In this document: in pieces, positions 21,856-33,987 of the stretch
How the letters are laid out: each line of letters begins with the position of its first letter
Position numbering within the stretch: the stretch's first letter is position 1
Assembly (NCBI GenBank): GCA_963823665.1
Contig: CAWGMQ010000010.1
Span: forward strand, 2,613,473-2,677,472
Length of the DNA stretch: 64,000 bases
Direction: 5' to 3'
DNA from: an uncultured Planctomycetota bacterium
Lineage (GTDB): Bacteria > Planctomycetota > Planctomycetia > Isosphaerales > Isosphaeraceae
Notes under the pieces: generated by a model
What the model saw: only the letters and a program-made list of their open reading frames with translations
Database searches by the model: none
What the model was told of the DNA's origin: nothing
Translations under genes and position numbers: made by a program

Positions 21856-22100
21856 AACGCCCGTAACGATCAACCGAACCGAGATTCGTTGGGTCGCGCC
21901 TGACCCACTTTTGCGACGCGATTGAGTAGAAGAATGCCACTGACAACCTCGAAGCCCTTCGACTTCATTGGTTTTCTGGCATCGGTGACACCGTCCAAGC
22001 GGGACCCTGGGAACAACAGAGCCAACTAGGCGGCTAACCTCCGCCAGCAACGATCGATGGCCGCCGAACGCTCGGCCGAAGTGCGAGGATCCAGAATTCG

Positions 22101-24173
22101 ATGTCGCATCTGTCATCATCGCTGTTGCTCGGGGCGTTGGCACTGTTCGCATTCGAGAACTCCACTCAGGCTTCCGACCCCTTCCGGGACACATTCACCG
22201 ACGGCAACCTGGATCGGTGGCGCATCAAGGACGGGACCTGGCACGTTCGGGATGGACGGGCCATCGCGGAGGGGGGGTTCTCGATGCTCCTTCAGAGGGG
22301 AGTCGCTCTTCGTGACGTCGACGTTACTGCGGACGTAGGATACTCCCACGACGAGGCCCACGCCGCCGCAGGCATCGCGTTCCGCATTGGAGAGGATTCG
22401 ACCGGATATGCCATCGGCCTCAGGGAAATCGAAAAGGGGCGAGATCCGGTATACGGCCCGTGGGAGAGGCCGGTCATCCAGCTCTGGCGCCTGGACAGGG
22501 ACGGTTGGAGACTCCTGCAGGAATCCAAAGTCATGGGGTGCCGGTCGGGCGTCCTGCGTCGCCTCAGGGTCGTCTGCCGCGGACCGGCAATCTGGGCGTA
22601 TTTCGGCGACATGGCAGCGCCGATTCTGAACGAGTTTGACGACCGGTACGACCGGGTTGGAGCGGTCGGATTGTGGAAGGACCATCGGGGTTCGGGGCTC
22701 TTCGACAACGTTGAGATCACCTCCACGAGCTCCGAGCCGGCGCCCCCACTCCGCACAGACTGGTCGTGGGTGCGAGGGGCGGTCTACGTGCGTTCCGACG
22801 CGGTCAACGCGGTGCAGATGTGGCACGACTACTGGGGCCACACCGATGTCATTGACCGCGAGCTCACCTGCGCGTCCCTCTATGGATTCAACATGGTGCA
22901 GGCCTACCTGCACTGGATCGTCTGGGAACGCCACGGCGAGGACTATCTCAAGAGGATCGACGACTTCCTGGCGCGGGCATCCAAGGCCGGCCTGAAGGTG
23001 AACTTTGTCTTCTGGGACGACTGCGGCCATGTCGAGCCGAGCCTGGCGTTCGCCGACCCCGTGCCGGGACGTCACAATTCGCAGATGATGCCGAACCCGT
23101 CGCATCGGACCAGGGACAACGAGCCGGCGCTGCTTGCCCACGAGGCCCGGTTCCGGGCGTACGTCGAGGGTGTGGCCCGCCGGTTCAAGGACGACGAGCG
23201 AATCGCATTCTGGCAGCTCTACAATGAGGGCATGGGCCCGAAAGAGAAATACCGGGACGGCGTGGGCGATGCCAACCTCAATAGACTCCTCGCATGGACG
23301 CGCGAATGGGTCAAGGGGACCGGCACGCGTATCCCGGTCACGGCCACCGGAGGTGGCTTCTACGGACCCAAGTATTCCGACTTCTACACCTACCACTCGT
23401 ACGGTGAGGCAGGGCAGCCTCTGCCGAACGCGGATGGTGGCGCTGAGCACCTCTGCACCGAGACGCTCAACCGGCCCGCCAAGGGGCTCGCGGACTGCTT
23501 GCGCGACCTGGCGGGGAAGGGGAACGGATTCGTCGTCTGGGAGCTGATGATCGGGCGCGACAACTGCCGCTTTCCCTGGGGCCATCCCGACGGCTCAGAC
23601 GAGCCGACGCAGCCGTTCCACGGTGTCGTCTACCCGGACGGGCACCCGTGGGACATCGGCGAGGTCAAGGCCCTGCTGGGCGATTCTGCCTTCGCCGCGC
23701 TCGAGACGAAAGTATTCCGCGCCGAGTACTTTGACGGTCTGTTCAAGACGAAGAAGAAGACCTCCCTCGCACCACACATCGACTTCGACCTTGGGGATGA
23801 GCCCGGCTCCAGCGCGCCGGATGCCTCTGCCGGGATCGGCAAGGACGGTTTTGCGATCCGCTGGACGGGGCGCCTGGTCGCGCCTCACACGGGGATGCAC
23901 ACGCTGCACGGCGATTGCGATGGCACCCTGCGGCTCTGGCTCGACGAGACGCTGGTGCTCGACAAGGGCGACCATCGCCGTGGCAACGTGCAGAGTAAGA
24001 TCGAACTTGCGGGTGGCCGGTCATACCGGATCACGATCGAATACATCCACAGCGACGGCCCAGCGAGCAACCACGTCTACTGGAGCGGCCCAGGTTTTGA
24101 TAAACGTGTTCTCACGCTAGACGGCATTGACGCGGCGAAGCGAAACGGCAGTTCCAGGCGCTCGCCGCAATAA
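22101..24173 (+). CDS. Secreted clan GH-A glycoside hydrolase with N-terminal beta-sandwich and C-terminal PA14 domain
   Basis: Signal peptide; WQLYNE (acid/base) and LCTE (nucleophile) motifs; FAIRWTG..G..RLWLD..Y.I.IEY..W PA14 pattern. Confidence 0.78.
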   Translation: MSHLSSSLLLGALALFAFENSTQASDPFRDTFTDGNLDRWRIKDGTWHVRDGRAIAEGGFSMLLQRGVALRDVDVTADVGYSHDEAHAAAGIAFRIGEDSTGYAIGLREIEKGRDPVYGPWERPVIQLWRLDRDGWRLLQESKVMGCRSGVLRRLRVVCRGPAIWAYFGDMAAPILNEFDDRYDRVGAVGLWKDHRGSGLFDNVEITSTSSEPAPPLRTDWSWVRGAVYVRSDAVNAVQMWHDYWGHTDVIDRELTCASLYGFNMVQAYLHWIVWERHGEDYLKRIDDFLARASKAGLKVNFVFWDDCGHVEPSLAFADPVPGRHNSQMMPNPSHRTRDNEPALLAHEARFRAYVEGVARRFKDDERIAFWQLYNEGMGPKEKYRDGVGDANLNRLLAWTREWVKGTGTRIPVTATGGGFYGPKYSDFYTYHSYGEAGQPLPNADGGAEHLCTETLNRPAKGLADCLRDLAGKGNGFVVWELMIGRDNCRFPWGHPDGSDEPTQPFHGVVYPDGHPWDIGEVKALLGDSAFAALETKVFRAEYFDGLFKTKKKTSLAPHIDFDLGDEPGSSAPDASAGIGKDGFAIRWTGRLVAPHTGMHTLHGDCDGTLRLWLDETLVLDKGDHRRGNVQSKIELAGGRSYRITIEYIHSDGPASNHVYWSGPGFDKRVLTLDGIDAAKRNGSSRRSPQ

Positions 24174-24189
24174 TGTAAGGGCAGTACCG

Positions 24190-25185
24190 ATGAATTCCCA
24201 CAGAACTGCTTCGAGCACGAGATCTCTGCTCATCGTCACAATCATTATCTATTCGAGCCTCATCGGTGGTCATTTTGAAACCCCCGCGCAAGAGAAAACC
24301 AGCGGGTCAGAGCGCGCCGGGCGCCTTCGCGAGACCGTGTTGCGCGCTCTTCGGGCAAATGATGAAAAGCTCGGCGCGGTCGAGTTCTATGTGCAGGATG
24401 TCATGGAGGATCTGACCGTGACCAAGCGCGAGGAGAAGATCTTTCAGCCCGACAGCGACACAAGAGTCATTACCGTCCGAGAGCCGCGGCGAGCCATGCT
24501 TTCGCGTGTACGACTCTTCGGCGATAAACTACGATACGACTACCTGAATTCGGAAGAACTATTGTCCAAAGCTTTCTCCTTTGACGGAGCCCTTTGGACT
24601 GAGCTGAAGCAGCTTGGCCCAAACACCCAGGTGTTAATTCGTCGCCCAGATCAGATGGCGTCGATGTCTCCACTGGATCCTCGACAAGTCGCTGTTTTCG
24701 ACGTGCGCGAGCGACTGTCTGAGTTGCTCGACCAAAGCACCTTCAGCGATCAGGCCGGCCCATCCGGCAAAACGCCGCTAATCACGGCGGAGACAAAGGT
24801 CGCCCTGGGAAGGGCTCGAATGGTGATTTCCTTCGATCCTTCTGTCGGGACGCTTCCAGTCGAAACCGTTGCCTACAATCGCGATTCGACCGTCTCGACG
24901 CACACGCGCATTTCTTATCACAAGATCGAAGCCAGACATGCCTGGGTGCTCGATCAAGCCGTGACACACGCATACAAACCGGGTGAGACTCATGACTCGA
25001 CGTCACCCAAATTCCAGCAGAGGTGGACGAAGACTGTGAGGAATGTGAAGCTCCTCGCGGACCACGACGATGCACTCTTTGCGATTGATCGTCCAGCCAA
25101 ATACCTCCTGCACGATTTCACCAAACCAGGCGGTCAGAAACCAGTGGCTGTTGGATACCCGTCCCGACGTGGGAAGCCAGACTGA
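24190..25185 (+). CDS. Hypothetical exported protein
   Basis: Long ORF with N-terminal hydrophobic segment; no motif recognised. Confidence 0.65.
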   Translation: MNSHRTASSTRSLLIVTIIIYSSLIGGHFETPAQEKTSGSERAGRLRETVLRALRANDEKLGAVEFYVQDVMEDLTVTKREEKIFQPDSDTRVITVREPRRAMLSRVRLFGDKLRYDYLNSEELLSKAFSFDGALWTELKQLGPNTQVLIRRPDQMASMSPLDPRQVAVFDVRERLSELLDQSTFSDQAGPSGKTPLITAETKVALGRARMVISFDPSVGTLPVETVAYNRDSTVSTHTRISYHKIEARHAWVLDQAVTHAYKPGETHDSTSPKFQQRWTKTVRNVKLLADHDDALFAIDRPAKYLLHDFTKPGGQKPVAVGYPSRRGKPD

Positions 25186-25221
25186 ACTGATCCGCTGCAT
25201 GTCACGGGTGACAAGACTGAT

Positions 25222-28200
25222 TCATGAAGAAACGCGCTGTACCCAGGTTTCCGCCACGCGCTTCAAGTCGACTGATTCGCCGTTTGACTCCGCGAAGTAG
25301 TGCCGCTCGATGGAATCAATCGAGCCGGCGAGCTCTTGCAGCGCAGCGGCGGGCAAACCGTTGTTCTGCTGAATATCACGAAGCAGGCCCAGCACCGAGA
25401 AAGGCGTGACGACGTCGGGAACCTGGAACCGCGAGGCAGCGGCTCGCTTGGGCCTGGACCTCAGGATCCGGATCGCGACGACTCCGAATGTTAGCACAAG
25501 GAGCCCGCCGCCGAGCCACCAGAGCCACGCATAGCGCGCCTGCTGGTATCGCTCTTCGAGCGCGACTTCTGCGCCAACCTTGGCCAGGTCGGCGTCAACG
25601 TAGCGCTGAAAGATCTGCTCCGCGCCGTCAACTTTGGCGGAGGCGAAGCGGAACAGACTTGGCGGCTTCGCCTGACCGGGCGCTGCGTGATAGGTGACCA
25701 GCCAGGTGCGCTCCGAGTCGATCACTGTCGCGGGGCTCTCCTGATCGAATTTCGTGACCGAAACACCCTGGTCGTCGATCTTCTCGCGTTCGAAGCCCGG
25801 TTGATCGAGCGAGACGAGCCCGTCGAGGTCGGGAACAAGTCCGTGTGCGGCGGCCTTGATCTCGACAATCAGTTTGCCCTGGCCAGCCTGACGCTCGTCA
25901 AGCGTTTGCGTGAGCTGGAGCTTCTCGAACGGGCGGATTGCGCCCTTTGCCGGCGATGCGTCGACTGGAATCGTCGGCGACTCGACCGGCAGCACGACGT
26001 AGCCGGATGTGTCCATGAAATCGAGGTCGAGCCGGAGCGGAGGCACCTTGTCGACCTTGGGGCCGCGCGCCTTCAAGAGCAGGTATGCATACGGCGTCAC
26101 TCGCCAGCCATATTCGCTCGTCGCCTTCGAGTTGACCTTCTCGTCCTGGAAGGTGACCGACATGACCTCAAAGTGCTCGCCCAGCGCCTGCTTGGCGGCA
26201 TCCTGGAACTTATCGCGATAGTTTTCGAGGGGCCGGCCGAAGTTGTAGGAGAAGTAAGACCCGGAGTTGTTCTGGTTCTGAAGATATCGGCCAAACCCGC
26301 CCGACTCGCGCTCGATCTCGCGCGTGTGGCGAAGGTTGACGAAGAGACCGAACGGCTGCTCGTGGCCGATCAGATCGGGACCGTCGACCTTGGTCTCGAG
26401 CTGAATTTCGGTCACGAGGTCCTTGTAGTAGGCAAAGACCTTGCGGGCTTCATAAGCCTGGGGATGCTCGCCGACGATCTCGATTCCGGCTTTCAAGTAA
26501 CGGAACTTGATCGACGGCTTGACCTGGGTCAGCCGGGTAAAGATCGCGTTTGCAAACTTGCTCATATGCCGCTCGCCGGGCTCGCCGGCAATGGACGCGA
26601 TGGCCTCGCGGATCAGCTTGGGCTGATGCAGGTCTGAAAGCGTTTCCTCGGTGATGTGCTGGGGGTCGCAGGCGCCCAGGCCGGCGCAATACCAGTAGTC
26701 AAAGACCTGCGTGGTTTCATCGTTTTGTTCGAGGCCGGGCGCTTTCGCAACGTAGAGCGAAGCGGCGCGGCGGAATTCGGCAAACGCCTTTTGGCGGCGC
26801 GGAGCGAATTCGGGTGATCGCTCGATCTCCTGGAGGTAGTTGTTTTCGTCGTGCATGAACGTCGGCACGGGCCAGCACGAGCGACCACTCGTCAGGGTGC
26901 TTGGCCAGACCGCGATCGATGACGGCGCGAGCCACCTCGTAGCCGCGCAAGACCTCCGCCCGGATATCTTTCTCACGCCGTTTGGTTTTGCTTTTTTCCT
27001 GCTCGGCCGGCTGTCTCCAGACACCCATCAGGTTGCCCCGCATCTGCTGACAAAGCTCGGCGAGAATCTTGGGCTTGAGTGCGTCAAACGACCCGAATAC
27101 TTTTTCAATCGCGTCCAGGCGATAAACTTCCGCCGAGCTGTGGCAGGTCGTGAACGCCTTGGTCAAAAGCGTCTCGTCAATCTCGCCGATCGGCAGTGCC
27201 CGCAGCTTCTTTACCCAGCCCGACAGCTCGACCAGGTTCCGCTCTTGCTTGGAGCGGGTCAGCGGAATTCCCTCCGCCCGGTTTTCAAATCCGTAGACGT
27301 AAAAGAAGCGGCTGCGGCGAAGCTGCTGTGAGTTCGGATCGTGGTTCTTGGTCCAGACGCGGACGAATTCCTCAGCCAGGTCCTTCGCAGTGCGGGGATT
27401 GGTGCGTGCGAGCCGCTCGATATAGGGAAAAGCTTCGTCTTCCTCGTTGACCTTCAAGTAGAGCTTGGCGAAGACGGTCGCGAACTTGGGCTTGATCCCC
27501 TGGTCGACGAAGGCGACCCACTCATCGCGCGGCCTTTCCCTGACCAGGTCGGCCACCTTCACGGCCATCGGCAGGCCGCGCTGGCGGGCCATCATCTCGG
27601 GCGAGAATGGGTCGTAATTGGAATAGTAGGAATTGCCGTAAGGGTCGTAATACATCCGCGGGCCGAGGCTGGTGGAATAGTCGTAGTAGTACGAGAACTC
27701 GGCTTCGCGGAGCCAGGCTTCAGCCAGAAGCGCGAGGGTGCTGGACCACTTCTGTGCGAGCTGTGGTGCCTTCCGCAAGCAGCGCCTCGACGGCCAGTTT
27801 TTGAAGCCCCAGCGATTTCAAGCGAAAATCGACGTCGAACGCCCGTGTCTGCAGGCCCTGGGCCGACCCGGCGCCGATGGCAGCGATGATTTCCATGCCA
27901 CGCTCCGGGCGGCTCGTGAAGCTCTCTTCCAGCCATGCCTGGCCGAGCGACTCGCGGATCTTCGGTGTCAGCTCGACGGCGCGGCGGATCGCTTCGTCCT
28001 TTTGCGCTGCATCAACCTTTCCGGACGCCAGTGCAGCCTGCGTGACCTGCCAGGCCCGCTCGAGCTGCACCGTCTTCTTGTCACGCGCATGGAGTGCCAG
28101 GTAGTGGCGGGCGAGCATGTTGAGCGCCTCGCGATCGTTGTCTTTCTCGGCCTTTTCGGGCGGGGGCAGAAAGCTCACCGGCCTCGATCATGCAGTCGGC

Positions 28201-29225
28201 GGCAATCAATAGCTTCGCGGCCTGGCGCTCGGAAAGTGGTGGCTTGCCCTGCGGGGGCTTGAGCGCTTCCCGAAGGCGCATCACGAAATCTTCGATCACG
28301 CTGCCCGAATCGAGGGCCAGGCGGAGAATTCGCCCCAGGCCATTTGCCCGCTCATCGTCCACACCGTGTGGCGCAACCCGAGCCAGCTCGATCAAGTCCT
28401 GATTCGAGATCGAATTCCGCTCCATCATGAACTGCTGCGGATTGGGCGGCGCCGCGCGCGCCCTGGCCAAGCGACATCCCCATGTTCATCTGCATTTGCA
28501 TCTGCATTTGCTGCATTTGCATTTGCTGCTGCATCTGAGCGTTGCCCTGCATCACCGGGGGGTTGCCCAGACCTTGAATCAGTTGCTCAAAGGCGGCCTT
28601 GCCCTCGTCCTCGGGTAGTTTCGCCAGAAACGTCTTCACCAGCGGCCAGTTGCCGACTGTGACGTCGTACTGGAAGCCGCGCAGCTCGCCGTCGAATGGG
28701 TCGGGTACTGCGGTCGCAGCGGCTGAGCCCGGCTGCATGAGGGACGCGGCGTCCGGAGTTGGCCCGACATTTGGGATCGTCGTCGTCACGACCACGCCGT
28801 TCACCACCCGTCGCGACGTCCTGACCGGCCCAGGCACGGCGCCGGCGGCGAGCGTCGCTTGCGGATTCAATCCGTTCTTGATCGCTTCCTCGCGCGGCGT
28901 CGACCAGGCTTTCAAGATCGCTGTGGGACGCCGGTCAAACGTGAGCTGGCGGATTTTTTGGAGCCGCTCTTGTTTCTTGGGATCGACCGCGGCTGCCGCA
29001 ATGGCCTGGTTCTTGGCAGCCGCGGGCTCAGCAAAAAGCTGCGCCGGGAGCTCGTCCCGCGGCCGACTTGGCGGTGACCGAGCCGCTCAGTTTTGCCTGG
29101 GCCGGCGCCGCCCGCGACGTGACAGTGGCGGGAGCCGTCGCTGGCCCCTGGCCTTGCGCCGTGCCCAGCGCGATCACAGACGCTGCGCCGAGAAACAGTG
29201 CGGCCAATCGACGAAGAGCGCTCAT
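25222..29225 (-). CDS. Large exported/membrane-anchored protein closing the MoxR operon (multiple frameshifts)
   Basis: Signal peptide MSALRRLAALFLG; chain of overlapping ORFs (28352-28915, 28081-28470, 27720-28178, 26717-27778, 25222-27024); C-terminal TM segment. Confidence 0.7.
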
Positions 29226-29346
29226 GGCGGTGCTCAACTACGAGTTGTGAATGCCTGGTTTACGAAGCAAGCCGGCGCCGGTCAGGGTTTACCGGCGCCG
29301 GCTTGAAGGTCGGGGAGCGAGGCGTGCAATCGCGGGCAGCAGGCGA

Positions 29347-30063
29347 TCACGAGCCCGACTTATCGGGCGGAGGGCCGGAGCTGGCGCCGCGAGCGTCTTT
29401 CTTTTGCTCGCTCTTGCTGTTGCTCGGCTTCCGGCCGGGCTTCTTGCACTGGCCGCTCTTGCATCCCTGGCATTGCGTGGGAATGGCGAGCCCTTGAAGC
29501 TCGCCCACATCCAGTCGGGCGAGGCGGATCGCGCTTTCAAGATCCTCACGGTGCCGCCGCGCGGCCACTTGATCGCCGGCAGATTCGGCTTTCTCGGCTA
29601 GCAGGCGATAGGATTGCCGCGCGCTTTCAATATCGGGCTCCCACTCTGGCGTGCCGAGGCCCTCGAGCCGCTTCAGCCATGTGATGTAATACTGGGCGCT
29701 GGCCTGGGCCTCGCGGGCCTCATCGCGGAGCCCGGCACTCGCGGACTTGTCGTCCTGCAACTGTTCGACCAGATCCTGGAGAGCGGCGCTGGCCTCGGGC
29801 AACTGGTGGGCGAACATCTGGGCCTTGGCGCGCTTGAGCCGGATGCGGCGAACGTCTTCAACCCGCCCTTCCGGCAACATCGCCTGGGCTGCGTCATACT
29901 TCGCGACCGCGGACTGCCAATCTTGCGCGGCAGCAAGGCGATCGGCGTCGGCGAGCACGGTCGCCGCGTCATCCAGCCGCAAACGCTCCTGGCCCGGGCC
30001 ATAATGGTATGCCCCGAAAGCGACCGGAACCAGCAGCCAACCGAGAAGCACGAGCGTTCGCAT
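29347..30063 (-). CDS. Membrane-anchored helical/TPR-like protein (BatC-like position)
   Basis: N-terminal TM, helical body, CQGCKSGQC and charged tail; operon context. Confidence 0.7.
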   Translation of the reverse strand: MRTLVLLGWLLVPVAFGAYHYGPGQERLRLDDAATVLADADRLAAAQDWQSAVAKYDAAQAMLPEGRVEDVRRIRLKRAKAQMFAHQLPEASAALQDLVEQLQDDKSASAGLRDEAREAQASAQYYITWLKRLEGLGTPEWEPDIESARQSYRLLAEKAESAGDQVAARRHREDLESAIRLARLDVGELQGLAIPTQCQGCKSGQCKKPGRKPSNSKSEQKKDARGASSGPPPDKSGS

Positions 30064-30239
30064 CGGTCCACCTCTCGAATCGTCAAACCGCAAGCAACAT
30101 CGTCGGTCCACCCGACGTTTGTCACGGAACCGTGGTGTAGCTTACCCGATCCGGCCGTGCGGTGGAAACGGGATCATTTATTTTCTGGAAGTTTTTGCTC
30201 GCCCGGCCGGTGCGTCGCCGGATCACGCTGGAGTCTGCC

Positions 30240-31271
30240 TCACCTCCGGGCCGAGCCAATCATGCGAGTTCGACCTCGAGCGCCGGCCGCTTCGCGCATC
30301 GCCGGCGAACGCGGCACGCCCGGCCTCCAGCGCGTGCCGAACTGATGCAGCAAGACCGGCAGCACGGCCAGCAAACTCGCGCCAATCCCACAGGCCAGCA
30401 GTGCGTATTCGCGGCGGGAGAGTCTTTCAAACGCGGTCTTGCGAGGAATGACGGTCATCGCGTTCAGCGTGGCGGTGCTGATCTGTTTGGTATTTCCATC
30501 GTGGTAGACGCCCCCCAGCCGCGCCGCAATCTGCCGGAGCGTCGAGGTGTCTTGCCGCGACATCCGGCCGTCGATGAACGAGCCCTGGCGCGGGTCGCCC
30601 ACGCCCACGATCAGCACGTCGGCCACCGACGCCGGCAGCTTGGGCATGCCCGTGGCCGGGACTGTGTCGCCGTCGGAGAGCATGAGCAGAAGCGTGCTTT
30701 TGGGCTGCCAAGGCCGCGCAATCTTCGCGGCTTCGGCAAGCCCTGAAAAAAGATCCGTCTTGCCGGCGCTGAAAGCGTAGTGCATCGGCAAGTCGCCGAA
30801 GATGTTGCGCACGACTTCGAGATCCTTCGTGTCGACGACGACCGGCTTCGAGCCGTTGTAACAGGCAACGACGGAAAGAAGGTAAAGCTCAATCGGGACT
30901 CTCTGAAGAAATGACTCCATCACGACCGACGCTCGCTTCATCCGGCTTTCATCGGCATTTGGGCCGGCGTCCTTCAGTCGCATGCTCGGCGAAACGTCGA
31001 GCACGATCAGGACATGCCGGCGCTCGTTGTCCGGAATGGTCTCCGCCACGTGCACCTTGGGCGGCAGCTCGAGCAGCGTGATCAATCCCCAGCAAAGTGC
31101 CGCGAGCGCCATCACGCGAAGCACAGGCGCCATCCTCGCCCAGGCCGCCGGCTTCTGCCCTGGCCCGAATGCCAGCCGAGCCAGCCGCCGGGTTCGTGCT
31201 GCGTGCAACGCCTCAGCCGCAAGAGCCAGGATCGCCACGGCCAGGGCGGCGAGCTCAGCGTGCATCACCAT
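30240..31271 (-). CDS. VWA-domain membrane protein (BatB-like)
   Basis: MIDAS DVSPSM, LSDGD, flanking TM segments. Confidence 0.88.
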   Translation of the reverse strand: MVMHAELAALAVAILALAAEALHAARTRRLARLAFGPGQKPAAWARMAPVLRVMALAALCWGLITLLELPPKVHVAETIPDNERRHVLIVLDVSPSMRLKDAGPNADESRMKRASVVMESFLQRVPIELYLLSVVACYNGSKPVVVDTKDLEVVRNIFGDLPMHYAFSAGKTDLFSGLAEAAKIARPWQPKSTLLLMLSDGDTVPATGMPKLPASVADVLIVGVGDPRQGSFIDGRMSRQDTSTLRQIAARLGGVYHDGNTKQISTATLNAMTVIPRKTAFERLSRREYALLACGIGASLLAVLPVLLHQFGTRWRPGVPRSPAMREAAGARGRTRMIGSARR

Positions 31272-32180
31272 GGGGTGTACCTCAGGCCAAAGAGCGCGCA
31301 CCCCGAAAGACCCAGGAGCGACAGACCCGCGATGCACACCGGCACAAAGTTGTCCAGGAGCTCCGACGCCGTCTTCTCGAGCTTCGTCTCGCGCATGGCG
31401 TCGATTCGCTGAAATACAACTGTGAGAGCACCGGGATCATCCACCGCAAAGACCTCGCCGCCGGTGAGCGCGGTGACGTTCACGATCGTCGGCGGCGCGG
31501 GCCGGTCCGAAATGTGGATCGCGTAGACGGCGATGTTGCTGCGCTTCAGCGTCTGGGCGATTGACTCGTCGTTGCCGCCGGCCAGGTCGAAGCTCTCACC
31601 ATCGGATACCAGAATGATCATCCGGTCGCCCTCCTCGCGACTGGTCAAGATCTCTTTGCAGGCCAGGAGGGCCTTGCCGATCATTGTCCCCCCCATCCAG
31701 TAGGGTACGTTTTCCGGCTTCATGAACGGAGGCGCGCAGCGGATCGCCGAGGGATCACTCGTGAGCGGCACCCAGTGCAGCACGTTGTTGCCGAAAAACG
31801 TCAGCCCGAACGCGTCTCCTTTGCGAATGTCAAGGAAGCTGTCGATGGCCTTCATCGAGCCGTCATAGCGCGTGCCGTCGCCCAAGGGCGACATCATGCT
31901 GCTCGAGACGTCGACACAGAATTCGATATTCGTGAGCACACGCTTCGTTCGCGGGGCGCTCAACTTCTGCGGTCCGGCCAGGAGCACGATGACCACGGCC
32001 AGGATCAGGGCCGGCATCGATCTCGGCGATGCCCAGCGTCACCGCCCAGCCTCGGCCGCGGGATTGGCCGCCGTGATCCAGCGGCAGCGCGATCCGCCCA
32101 CTCTCGCGCCGCCAGACCCACGCAATCAAAAGCACCGGCGCGGCCAGGAACGCGAGCACGGAGGGATAGGCGAAGCTCAT
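31265..32180 (-). CDS. VWA-domain membrane protein (BatA-like; frameshift ~32020)
   Basis: MSFAYP..L BatA-type N-terminus; DVSSSM, GGTMIGKAL, VSDGE. Confidence 0.88.
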
Positions 32181-33074
32181 CGTGTGTGCTCCTTGATCGC
32201 ACTCGATCCTGCTTCCGGCCGGGCCGAAGCGGGCGCCGCCTCTTCGAGCTCGTCGGCCGCGATCGCTTGATACGGCTTCAAAAGGGCCGTGACGTCGACC
32301 GGCCCGGCGGTTCCGGCCGGCCGATGCAGCCAGTCTTCGAGCCGGCGCAAGAGCGGGCCTGCCTCGTCGTGATTTCGCAGCAGCGTGATGAGCTTCGCCG
32401 GCGGCGCGTCTTCCAGCTTGAGCCGGCGGCGCCAGTAGCCGATCAAGAGTCGCTCGAGCTCCGCTTGCTCGCCGGCGCCGAGCTCACCGGCGACAGCCTC
32501 GTCGACCAGCGGTTTGAGACGGTCGGCCAGCGTCAAGGCGCGGCCTGCGGCCTCGCCCGAAGCGACGCGTTTCCCTCGGCGGACAAGCAGAATCGCCGCC
32601 AGCCCCAAAAGCCACGCCACGCCGCCGATCAGCATGTAGAGGCGATACCCTCCCAGCCACGGCGATTCAGAAAGCGAAAGTGGATGCGGCTCGAGCTGAC
32701 CTGGCGGGAGGAGCGGTTCGATCAGCACGGGAATCGGCGGCAAGCCGGCTGTCGATGAGCCGTCTTTGCGCCGCAAGCAAGTCTTTGAGGTCATACGTAC
32801 CCGGATCAAGGCCGTAATAGACGAAGTCGTAGCGAAACGCCGTACCGTGAGGATAGACACCCAGGATCCGGAGCACGATCGGTGCCCGGCGGTCATCAAT
32901 CGGACGCACCTCCAGCTCACTTCCCGGCAGCACACGCTGCTCGATCCGCGCGGGCATGCCGACCGTCGACTTTGACGCTGGCGGCGCATCGTCGGCATGC
33001 GCGGCCGGCGCGGCAAGGAGCGCGATCAGCAGCAGTCGCATCGACCATCCGTGCCTTGAGACGGTTTGCTTCAT
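32177..33074 (-). CDS. Hypothetical membrane protein of the MoxR operon (frameshift ~32770)
   Basis: Signal peptide, TM segment; tight spacing with both neighbours. Confidence 0.7.
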
Positions 33075-33076
33075 TG

Positions 33077-33958
33077 TTAGCGAGCTCCTTTGCCAATCAA
33101 GCCGCGAAGCTTGAAAAACTGGCGGAGCTGTGAGACGAACGGCTGATCGGTCGGGATCAGCAGATAGTCGACGCCGGCCCGCTTGAGCTCGCGCTGGGCC
33201 AATGCCGGGTCGGTGCCGCGAAGCTGGCCGCGAATGACGAACTGACGTCCGGTTTCCGCCTCGCGGGCCCGGACAAACCCCACACCGCGCAGCCGGTCTT
33301 CGGCGGGATCGCGCAGTTGCAGCACGACGCAGTCATGCTCCTGCGAGATCCGCTTGAGCGCAAGAACGGCAGTGGGATCGTGCAGATCGGAAAGCACGAT
33401 GACCAGCACCCGTTGGGGGAGGCTCGGCGTCAGCTCAAACAAGCGCGAGCCGAGCGATGTGGACTCGTCGTAGCGATACGTGCGGAGCGTGTGCAGCCAC
33501 TGGAGGATCTGGTCTTTTGAGAGGCTCGGCCGCACGTGCAAATTCTGGCCGCCCACTCCCAGCATACCAACCGGGCTGATCCGATCCAGGCACGCCAGGG
33601 CCAGGCCGCCGGCGATGAAGACCGCTGTCTCGTACTTGCTGGGGTGGTGCGAGCTGATGGTCATCGAGGCCGACGTGTCGACCAGCAGGTAGACCGGCAT
33701 TCGCTTGGGCGCTTCATATTCCTTGACGTGGACCTTGCGGGTGCGAGCGGTCACGCGCCAGTCGATGAGCTTGATCGGATCGCCATACTGGTACGGCCGC
33801 GACTGCACGTATTCGACCCCGGCTCCCAGAAACGGCGAATGGTCCGTGCCGTAGCTCAGTCCGTCAGCAAGCCTCTTGACGGCCAGATAGAACTGCCGGG
33901 AGTCGAGGACGTCGTGATGTTCGATTCGGCCTTGCACGGCAGATCCCAGTTGCAACAT
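33077..33958 (-). CDS. DUF58-family protein
   Basis: G.EY...RPYQYGD..K.IDWRVTAR, VDTSASM, VLSD. Confidence 0.92.
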   Translation of the reverse strand: MLQLGSAVQGRIEHHDVLDSRQFYLAVKRLADGLSYGTDHSPFLGAGVEYVQSRPYQYGDPIKLIDWRVTARTRKVHVKEYEAPKRMPVYLLVDTSASMTISSHHPSKYETAVFIAGGLALACLDRISPVGMLGVGGQNLHVRPSLSKDQILQWLHTLRTYRYDESTSLGSRLFELTPSLPQRVLVIVLSDLHDPTAVLALKRISQEHDCVVLQLRDPAEDRLRGVGFVRAREAETGRQFVIRGQLRGTDPALAQRELKRAGVDYLLIPTDQPFVSQLRQFFKLRGLIGKGAR

Positions 33959-33987
33959 GAAAGATCAGAATGATTCGTCGACCGCCC

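Noticed and set aside
22116..23585. Long antisense ORFs (also 1643-2926, 39015-40505, 44636-46207)
   Set aside because: Expected shadows of real genes in high-GC DNA; no motifs
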